Part shown: in pieces, positions 1-6,971 of the stretch
How positions within the stretch are numbered: position 1 is the first letter of the stretch
Layout of the letters: every line of letters begins with the position of its first letter
Virus record (IMG/VR): IMGVR_UViG_3300008448_000023
Coordinates: 1-64,000 of that record
Length of the DNA stretch: 64,000 nucleotides
Strand: one strand, 5' to 3'
Source of the DNA: a virus
Translations under genes and position numbers: made by a program
Notes under the pieces: generated by a model
Told to the model about the DNA's origin: nothing
What the model saw: only the letters and a program-made list of their open reading frames with translations
Databases searched by the model: none

Positions 1-2251
1 TATTAAGACCAGACATGTCTGCGTTTGGACCTATTTTGAGACTACCTTTGCCCCCGCCTTGTGCCTGACCTGCTGGCGTGGGTTGCCCTGGTTGACCGTC
101 AGGTGCGCCTGCTGACGGAGGCGGTGGGGTCGAACTGCGTGTAGGTGCAGTAGTAGGAGCTGCGCCACCACCTGCTGCACCCCCGCCGCCTGCTGGCACT
201 GCTCCTCCACCTGCTACCGGGGCCAACTTGCCTTTGAGCGTTGATATCTGTCCTGATCTTGTGTCAATACTAGCTTTGGTGTCAGCAATCTTTTGTTCAA
301 CTTTAGCAGTGCTAACTCCTTTGGCAGCAAGATTGGCTCTTTCTTCATTGAGTTTGGCCAGACGTTCAACTTCGCTGACATTCATGGTTTCCAGGCGAGC
401 CAACTCTCCTTGATCAAGTCGTTGTTGTTGCCTTACTTTGCGTTCTTCTCTAGCCGCGTCTGCAATTTTCTTTTCTTGATCTAGCAGCGACTGCGAAGCC
501 TTGGCATATTCTTCTTTGTTCTTGGCAATTTTTTCTTCAAGAGGTTTGAGCTCTTCACCGTACTTGCCTGCACGTTTGGCATCTTTGAGAGATTTTTCGT
601 CAGCTTCTAATTGCTTGGCCAACAGATCTGCACGTTCTTGCAAAGGTTTAGCAACATCTCTTTCTTTGCTAGTAGCCGCCGCGGCCTTGGTTTCTTGTGC
701 AGTTTTTGGTTGTTCTTTTGCTGGTTCCTTGACTCCAAGTCCAAAGAAGCCTAGTACTTTGTTCAATGCTTTGCTTAACATAGTAAACTGATCTGCTAGC
801 ACATTGGTAACGTTGCCTAGCTTTTCAGTCACGCTCAGAGCCTTGTCAATGCCCACAAACACAGCATCTTCCATTTTCTTGTTGAGAGCTTGCTGTTTTT
901 TAATGTTTTCAGCATATTGGTCAGTGATACCATCGGCAGCTTTGCCACCGTCACGACCTTGTTTCTTCATGTCTTCTCGAATTTTTTCAGCTTCGGCTGC
1001 ATTGTCTTTTTGTGTGGCCAATCCTAGCTCTGCGCCTTCACTGATTTTGAGCATGGTCTCTTCACCTACACCCATTTGGTATAGGTAGTTCATTTCTTTG
1101 GTCACTCGGCCTACAGCTTTACCAGTTTGATCAAATGCTTCAATGCCTTTGAGTTGTCCTGCTTTTTGTTTGTCTAGGATGTTCAGAGCTTCGCCTTGTG
1201 TGCTTTGATACAGTTTCATAGCTGCATCAGTGCCCATCATGCCTGTGGCCAAATCTCCGTAACCAGTTGCGGCTTCTTTGCTGCGTTTGTACAGCATCTT
1301 GTAAGTCACTTCCATTTCGTCAGCGGCTGCAATCTGTTTGGCATCACCCGAGTTGCGCATTTCCTCCAGCTTGGCACGGAAACGCTGTTGACTACGTGCT
1401 GCTTCCAGAGCTTGCTCCTGCTCTTTACGACTCATACCTGTGAGTTGAGTCAGTGCGTCTTGTTCTTTAAGATACTTGTTGGCACCTTCAGCTAGCTCCT
1501 TGGTAGTTAAATTCTGTGATTGCCCTATGCGACTTTGCAGGCGCAGATACTGCATGCTGGCATCGTTGATTTCTTGTTGAGTGTAACCAGCTGCCATCAA
1601 GCTCTTGCGATAGGGCTCCATGGCTGCGCCCATGTCTTCAAATTTCTTGCGACCATCTGCTACACTGCCAGCAAACAGGGTCAAATCACCTGCGTTGTCT
1701 GCTATTAGCCCAACATAGCTGTCAAGTTCGTTCATTGACAAGCCTAGTTTTTTGGCTCCTTGGTACACCCCTGTCATGCCATCGCTGGCAGCACCGCCAG
1801 CTTTGGCTAATTTGCTGTAGCCATCATAAATTTTATCAGCCATGACATTGGCTGCTTTGATGTATTCAGCTGTGGCTGCTGTAACTGCGGTAAGACCAGC
1901 AATTAAACCTTTGATTAGTGGGCCGCCAGGAATCAGCAGTGTAAGAGCAGCACCTGCTAGTTTAGCAGCATTGGATAGCTCATCAATAGAACTGTTGAAC
2001 GCTGCGGCACCTTTTTTACCCTCGTACATGGCCTTGGCGCCTTCTACGCCAGCCTTGGCTACACTGGTTAGCGCATCAGCAGCCGCGGTTGTGCCTTTGG
2101 TAAAATTTGTAATGCCATGTTTGCTTTTCATTGCAGCATCTTGCACTTCGTCAGCAGTGCTCTGATGCATACGGCCATACAATTCCATCTCCCGGTTTAC
2201 CCGGCTCATTAAGTCTGCTAATTCTTGTGCTTGCTGATTTACGTCGGCCAT
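1..2251 (-). CDS. Tape-measure-like tail protein (3' end runs off the window)
   Basis: Absent from the ORF track because it has no stop in the window. My translation from ATG at 2251 (MADVNQQAQELADLMSRVNREMELYG...) stays open to base 2. Ala/Lys/Glu/Gln-rich helical sequence followed by a Gly/Pro linker. Late promoter TATAAATA upstream; next to tail chaperone genes. Confidence 0.75.
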   Translation of the reverse strand, partial: MADVNQQAQELADLMSRVNREMELYGRMHQSTADEVQDAAMKSKHGITNFTKGTTAAADALTSVAKAGVEGAKAMYEGKKGAAAFNSSIDELSNAAKLAGAALTLLIPGGPLIKGLIAGLTAVTAATAEYIKAANVMADKIYDGYSKLAKAGGAASDGMTGVYQGAKKLGLSMNELDSYVGLIADNAGDLTLFAGSVADGRKKFEDMGAAMEPYRKSLMAAGYTQQEINDASMQYLRLQSRIGQSQNLTTKELAEGANKYLKEQDALTQLTGMSRKEQEQALEAARSQQRFRAKLEEMRNSGDAKQIAAADEMEVTYKMLYKRSKEAATGYGDLATGMMGTDAAMKLYQSTQGEALNILDKQKAGQLKGIEAFDQTGKAVGRVTKEMNYLYQMGVGEETMLKISEGAELGLATQKDNAAEAEKIREDMKKQGRDGGKAADGITDQYAENIKKQQALNKKMEDAVFVGIDKALSVTEKLGNVTNVLADQFTMLSKALNKVLGFFGLGVKEPAKEQPKTAQETKAAAATSKERDVAKPLQERADLLAKQLEADEKSLKDAKRAGKYGEELKPLEEKIAKNKEEYAKASQSLLDQEKKIADAAREERKVRQQQRLDQGELARLETMNVSEVERLAKLNEERANLAAKGVSTAKVEQKIADTKASIDTRSGQISTLKGKLAPVAGGGAVPAGGGGAAGGGAAPTTAPTRSSTPPPPSAGAPDGQPGQPTPAGQAQGGGKGSLKIGPNADMSGLN

Positions 2252-2262
2252 GCTTGGTTACC

Positions 2263-2284
2263 TATAAGTAGAAGTATATTTATA
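2263..2284. promoter_or_regulatory. Overlapping divergent T4-type late promoters
   Basis: TATAAATA on the minus strand (2277-2284) faces the tape-measure gene. TATAAGTA on the plus strand (2263-2270) faces the gp26-like gene. Confidence 0.7.
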
Positions 2285-2292
2285 GGTGACAA

Positions 2293-3135
2293 ATGAACCA
2301 AACTGCTAACCCACTACGTCAATATTTTCGTCGTCCCAGCATCTATCTCAGACTGCCCAGTGGCGGAGATTTTTGGCCTCCGGAGTCGCTGAATTCTACG
2401 CAAAACGGTGAGCTTCCAGTTTTTCCCATGACTGCCATCGACGAGATCACATATCGCACTCCAGATGCACTGTTTAACGGAGAAGCTGTGGTGTCAGTGA
2501 TTCAAAGCTGTATTCCCAGCATTACCAACGCCTGGGACACTCCCGGATCAGACCTCAACAGTATCTTGGTTGCTATTCGAATTGCCAGCTATGGGCATGA
2601 ATTGGAAATGGCATCCGTTTGCCCGGCCTGTCAAAACGAAGGTGAATACAAACTAGATCTACGCACAGTATTGGATCAACTACAAACTCCTGATTTCAAG
2701 TACAGTGTCAATCACGGTGATCTGCAGATATTTTTCCAGCCCATTAGCTACCGACATCAGCAGGAAACCAATGCTACACAATTTGAAGAACAAAAAACAA
2801 TTCAAATGATTCCTGGATCAGACCTGCCAGATGATGAGAAAATAAAGAGACTCAATGCTGCACTCAAGCGCATCACGGAACTCACAGTAAATGCGCTCAA
2901 ACACAGCATTGCTGGTATTAAAACTCCTAGTGCACTGGTCACTGAACCAGAATTTATTCAAGAATTTTTGAACAACTGTGATCGAACATTGTTTAACCAA
3001 ATTAGAGATCATGTGATTGAACTGCGTCAGGCCAGTGAACTCAAGCCCTTGCAGATCAAGTGTAACAATTGCAACCATGAGTACAGTCAACCATTGACCT
3101 TGGACATGGCCAGTTTTTTCGCAGCCGCCTCCTGA
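2293..3135 (+). CDS. gp26: T4 gp26-like baseplate hub subunit / tail assembly chaperone
   Basis: NPLRQYFRRPSIYLRLPSGG, PMTAIDEI, LVAIRIASYG, two CxxC pairs (CPAC, CNNC) and C-terminal LDMASFF are typical of gp26-like proteins of large myoviruses. Confidence 0.75.
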   Translation: MNQTANPLRQYFRRPSIYLRLPSGGDFWPPESLNSTQNGELPVFPMTAIDEITYRTPDALFNGEAVVSVIQSCIPSITNAWDTPGSDLNSILVAIRIASYGHELEMASVCPACQNEGEYKLDLRTVLDQLQTPDFKYSVNHGDLQIFFQPISYRHQQETNATQFEEQKTIQMIPGSDLPDDEKIKRLNAALKRITELTVNALKHSIAGIKTPSALVTEPEFIQEFLNNCDRTLFNQIRDHVIELRQASELKPLQIKCNNCNHEYSQPLTLDMASFFAAAS

Positions 3136-3173
3136 CCTTAAGCTACGAAGAAATTGACAAGCTGGTCCAACAA

Positions 3174-3350
3174 ATGGATCAGGAGGCTGACTCATTGCGC
3201 AAACAAGGACTCAAAATGTCATGGTACATGCGAGGAGGAGCTTCTTACGAGGATGTGATGAACATGAGCTATCATGAACGTGCCATGCTCAATGAGTTGA
3301 TCAAAGAAAACTTAGAAACCACACAAAAATCCAAACTACCATTCTTCTAA
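3174..3350 (+). CDS. gp51-like baseplate hub assembly protein (58 aa; probably also the C-terminus of a -1 frameshift fusion with the upstream gene)
   Basis: Below the ORF-track cutoff: MDQEADSLRKQGLKMSWYMRGGASYEDVMNMSYHERAMLNELIKENLETTQKSKLPFF. The W-x-M-x-G...M...ER pattern resembles gp51-like proteins. The frame is open back to 3081. Confidence 0.65.
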   Translation: MDQEADSLRKQGLKMSWYMRGGASYEDVMNMSYHERAMLNELIKENLETTQKSKLPFF

Positions 3351-3856
3351 TGTTAGATATAGAAAAAGTTAAACGAGATATTGAGCAGTGGATTGTGAAC
3401 TTTGTAGAAGTTCCGCACCCTGCGTTGGGCGGATTTCCGCCTTGTCCTTACGCCCGTAGTTCACGACTTAAAAACAGTTATGATGTGATCATTGGCACAG
3501 ATCCTTACTATGATCTCAATAATCAAGCACGCCACGGCATGGGCGACAAAGAAGTTGTTATATATGTTTATGATCCTGTGGAATGGCCACATGACCAGTT
3601 TGCAGCAAATATAGATCAGGCCAATCAAGACTTTTTGCTGGCTGCTGACTTGTTGTCTTTGGAAGATCATCCTGCTGATCAAGAGATAGTCAACGGAATT
3701 TGTATGAATCAAGGCACTTATGCACTAGCACTAGTGCAAAGTGTAAGCGATCTTGATGCCAAAGCACGCTTGATGGCACGCAAAGGCTTCTATGATACTT
3801 GGCCGGAAGACTATCTTACAGCACTATTTCAACACAGAGAGGATCCTCGAAAGTGA
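3350..3856 (+). CDS. DUF1415-like protein
   Basis: N-terminal WIVNFVE...PPCPYAR and an internal DHP motif resemble DUF1415. TAATG coupling to the upstream gene. Confidence 0.5.
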   Translation: MLDIEKVKRDIEQWIVNFVEVPHPALGGFPPCPYARSSRLKNSYDVIIGTDPYYDLNNQARHGMGDKEVVIYVYDPVEWPHDQFAANIDQANQDFLLAADLLSLEDHPADQEIVNGICMNQGTYALALVQSVSDLDAKARLMARKGFYDTWPEDYLTALFQHREDPRK

Positions 3857-4284
3857 CGTACCAGTTTGCCAGAATCAATTTAGAAAAAACAACATACCAG
3901 CCCCAAGTGGATTGGTTCTATATCACTGAGCCTGATATTGCTGAACTGCAAGACATTTATCGAACCTACTGCATCTACAAACACTTTGGCAGTGTGATGC
4001 CGTTGTTTGACAGCCAGTTCACAGAACCAGGTATGGATCTCATTGGCTACAGGGATCAAGGCCAACTGGTGGCGTTTTCAATGATGAAACGCTACGATGA
4101 CAAAAATTTATTAGCCGCACAATTTGCCTGGAACTATCGCAAACCCCGATTACGTTTGGGAATTTCAAGTTTACAGACAGAATGTGCAATCTACAGACAG
4201 CGAGGATTTGAATACTTGTATTTGGATCAAGCGCACTTGTACAAACAGGACCTCGAAGGTTTTGAAATACTAGGACCACTATAA
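3853..4284 (+). CDS. ATE/Bpt-like aminoacyl-tRNA--protein transferase, C-terminal GNAT-like domain only
   Basis: GYRDQGQLVAFS...AQFAWNYRKPRLRLGISSLQTECAIYRQRGFEYLYL follows the ATE_C pattern (G.LVAV...D...SLG..S...EI......G..Y.YLG). The likely GTG start at 3853 overlaps the upstream TGA. Confidence 0.6.
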   Translation: MTYQFARINLEKTTYQPQVDWFYITEPDIAELQDIYRTYCIYKHFGSVMPLFDSQFTEPGMDLIGYRDQGQLVAFSMMKRYDDKNLLAAQFAWNYRKPRLRLGISSLQTECAIYRQRGFEYLYLDQAHLYKQDLEGFEILGPL

Positions 4285-4619
4285 TGGACATTTACACAAT
4301 TTGGGCAGACAAAGAAGGCGACATCTCAGACTTGGACTGGGTCAACGGCATGAAAAGTTTCTTTGATCATTTGAAATCAGAAGGCCGGATGGAAGACTAT
4401 CGCATCACTAGATGCAAGATGGGTTTTAGGTCAATCGCAGACATGCCGGAATGGATGATACTGATGGAGTTCCGAGACATGGCGCAGATGGACTCAGCAT
4501 TTAAACGTGTTGCTCCTCTTGAAGGCGAACTAGAAACCAAACACAAGTCATTCAATCAGTTTGTTTCTGGAACCATACAACATGCACTGTTCCGTGACTG
4601 GCCGGACCAGAATCTATGA
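4284..4619 (+). CDS. DUF6614-like small alpha/beta (ferredoxin-like) protein
   Basis: YRITRCKMGF...PEWMILMEFRDMAQMDSAF...H pattern; TAATG coupling. Confidence 0.5.
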   Translation: MDIYTIWADKEGDISDLDWVNGMKSFFDHLKSEGRMEDYRITRCKMGFRSIADMPEWMILMEFRDMAQMDSAFKRVAPLEGELETKHKSFNQFVSGTIQHALFRDWPDQNL

Positions 4620-4990
4620 AAGTCATGGCACCTATATCAGTAGGTGAACTGATTGACAAAATCACCATTCTAGAAATCAAACAACTCAGTGCTCGCACAG
4701 ATCAACAGCGTGGCAACATTGATCGTGAACTAGAACAGCTGATCAACATACTTGACTCATTGAGTCTGACTGAAGAGATTGCTGATTTACGAGCCAAGCT
4801 ACGCGGGGTCAATCAAGCATTGTGGTACATTGAAGACTACAAACGCCAATGCGAACGAGCTGACAGTTTTGAAGCTGGTTTTATCACGGCCGCAAGACAA
4901 GTTTATATCAAGAACGATCAACGTGCTGACATCAAACGCAAGATCAACGAGCTGTGTGGCAGTGATATCGTAGAAGAAAAAATTTACTAA
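4616..4990 (+). CDS. DUF6165-like protein
   Basis: PISVGELIDKITILEIK...VNQALWYIED...ARQVYIKNDQRADIKRKIN...GSDIVEEK. This family is common in T4-like phages and near glycosylation loci. Confidence 0.7.
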   Translation: MKVMAPISVGELIDKITILEIKQLSARTDQQRGNIDRELEQLINILDSLSLTEEIADLRAKLRGVNQALWYIEDYKRQCERADSFEAGFITAARQVYIKNDQRADIKRKINELCGSDIVEEKIY

Positions 4991-5002
4991 CAATATCAAA
5001 TC

Positions 5003-6073
5003 ATGACAACAAAAATCATTGCTTTTTTAACTGGAACAAATACTGGTTGCACATTTCTTGATTGGAGTGTGTTGTATTTGTCAGGGCAGACTGAGTTTTA
5101 TTCATTCTTAGACCAAGATTACATACCATTGACACATAATCCAGTGACTCCGCTCAATGCGCACGGACACAAGAAAAATCATCTATGTGGGTTTGATCGA
5201 AACTCCGAAGAAGTCAAAACATTTTTGAATCATTGTCAGGGGTTGTTGACCTTGTACCCTTGGACCTTGCGTTTTTCACAGGCTGCTGAACAAAACGGTA
5301 TAGACATAGAATCTTCAATTCTTACGCAAGATTTGATTGACAAGATTGAAGATTCCATGGCTCAGGATTTAAAAAAACTTTGGTTGTATTTGCATTCATT
5401 ACAAGCCAAAGTGGTGTACGTAGAAGACGATCCTAATCTGTCCTTGGCACATGTGGACCGTCGCAGTACTGAAGGTGGCATTAAAATGTTTAAGCCATCA
5501 ACTCTAGAAGAAATTGACAAAGAATATCAAGAAATATTTTATTCAGACAGTATAAAAGCCTGGCAAGATCTTGGACTAAACAACATCTGGGATGACAGAG
5601 AACGGCGTGCATTAGACTTTCGACATCACCTTGACTACACACAAGCTAGGCAGCATATGATGCCATTTGATCTACCTCATCTAAGAGTCAACACCTCTGA
5701 GCTTTGGACGCAAGGAGAATGGGTAATAAAACAGGTCATGGCTTTTTGTGAGCTTGAGATTGACCAATCTCGTTGGGAACACTGGACGGTTATGTATCAG
5801 CAATGGAAAGATAAACTGCAACAGAGAATATTATTCTGTTATAGATTACCAACAATATTGAAATCCATAGTTAATAATTGGTATTACGACATTGGTGAGC
5901 TGACATTCATGCAAGAAGTTGTAGTGCAACATCTGTTGATTTACAAACATCAGTTGAATCTCAAAACATGGGAATTGTCTAAATTTCCACGCAATGCACA
6001 AGACCTACACAAACTTCTGGAACCAAATATACATTCAGTGCCAGACATCTACAATATAAGATCTACTGCGTAG
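5003..6073 (+). CDS. Hypothetical protein, possibly sulfotransferase/P-loop-like fold
   Basis: 356-aa ORF. N-terminal FLTGTNTGCTFLDWS resembles a sulfotransferase PAPS-binding loop; otherwise unassigned. Confidence 0.4.
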   Translation: MTTKIIAFLTGTNTGCTFLDWSVLYLSGQTEFYSFLDQDYIPLTHNPVTPLNAHGHKKNHLCGFDRNSEEVKTFLNHCQGLLTLYPWTLRFSQAAEQNGIDIESSILTQDLIDKIEDSMAQDLKKLWLYLHSLQAKVVYVEDDPNLSLAHVDRRSTEGGIKMFKPSTLEEIDKEYQEIFYSDSIKAWQDLGLNNIWDDRERRALDFRHHLDYTQARQHMMPFDLPHLRVNTSELWTQGEWVIKQVMAFCELEIDQSRWEHWTVMYQQWKDKLQQRILFCYRLPTILKSIVNNWYYDIGELTFMQEVVVQHLLIYKHQLNLKTWELSKFPRNAQDLHKLLEPNIHSVPDIYNIRSTA

Positions 6074-6076
6074 ATC

Positions 6077-6505
6077 AGTTGTTTTCGCTATCGCTCAACA
6101 ACTATTTTATTTAAAGAGCGAAGCGATTAAGTATTCATCCAGATCCAATGGTCACACTTTGCCCGCACAGGGCAAAGAAACTTCATCCGAGTCGGGCAAG
6201 TCACTTAGCGTTACAGCATTGCAGAGGCGGTTGTCCGGTACCTCGAGCTGCGTCTTTATCACAACGGCGGTTTGTATCACATACGCTAACATGCATACAA
6301 ACGTGTACTATCACTAGTACGTCTTTTTCCCTTTTAAAATTCTGTTCAAACAATCAAACCGCAGGTGTTAAGCGATCGTGGTCCTGTCAAGGATACTGAT
6401 TGAGTGCTCGCTGGCGCGGCGAGGCTTCGGATCCCTGCGACACTGGGCCCAGGTTTCTACTGTTCGGCACACGAGGTTGACCTGTGCGAGTCCTAACTGC
6501 CTAGT
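6077..6505 (-). ncRNA. Candidate large structured non-coding RNA (or structured DNA element) downstream of the GIY-YIG gene
   Basis: The only long intergenic stretch in the window. Many perfect stems (6077-83/6097-103, 6157-64/6170-77, 6270-77/6295-302, 6305-10/6315-20 closing a GUGA GNRA loop on the minus strand, 6407-11/6419-23) and crossing pairings (6205-11/6283-89; 6351-56/6397-402 with 6360-65/6434-39). Confidence 0.6.
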
Positions 6506-6934
6506 TTAGATTTTGTTGATTATGTGACTGCCATGTACACGAACTTGGATGTGTCCGTTATACCAGTCTTTTGATTCTAGCACTCTGCGTGAAAATTGTT
6601 CTCTTGCTTCGATATAGCTGCACTCTGATTTGCTTTTACAGTAATAAAGTATTTCTCTTGTAAAATTGTCTTTGCCTAAAAGTTCTACATCCTTGGACAG
6701 TTCTGGTGAGCTACCGTAGTAGTCTCTCCAGTCTGAATCCACTTTGGTGCGAATCTTCTTTTTCTTTTTAGTGCCGTTCTTGAGTTTGACTGTACGTTGT
6801 GTGGTACGAGAGAATTTTGCTAGTTTTTTGCCTATGTATTTGCGTTGATTGGTGACGTTGGTTATAAGATACACAAAGCCTACGCAGTCTTCGGGTAGCT
6901 CCTCTACAAGTTGATTGTTGTAAAACCATGTCAT
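6506..6934 (-). CDS. Minimal GIY-YIG family endonuclease
   Basis: GFVYLITN...RKYIGKK motif, YYGSS, catalytic-type E (YIEAREQ) and YN. Very basic insertion KLKNGTKKKKKIR; no C-terminal DNA-binding domain. Confidence 0.8.
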   Translation of the reverse strand: MTWFYNNQLVEELPEDCVGFVYLITNVTNQRKYIGKKLAKFSRTTQRTVKLKNGTKKKKKIRTKVDSDWRDYYGSSPELSKDVELLGKDNFTREILYYCKSKSECSYIEAREQFSRRVLESKDWYNGHIQVRVHGSHIINKI

Positions 6935-6971
6935 CCATGTTAGTTATCTGCTGCCTGTCTAAATGTTATTT

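Noticed and set aside
228-2165. Plus-strand ORFs in the ORF track over 228-2165
   Set aside because: They are antisense shadows of the long minus-strand tape-measure-like frame.
6148-6399. 83-aa plus-strand ORF in the intergenic gap
   Set aside because: No RBS or recognisable motif; the region is better explained by base-paired structure.
6077-6505. Group I intron, tRNA, tmRNA, RNase P or CRISPR identity for the structured gap
   Set aside because: No recognisable core motifs, no interrupted host gene (the flanking genes converge) and no regular repeat-spacer array.
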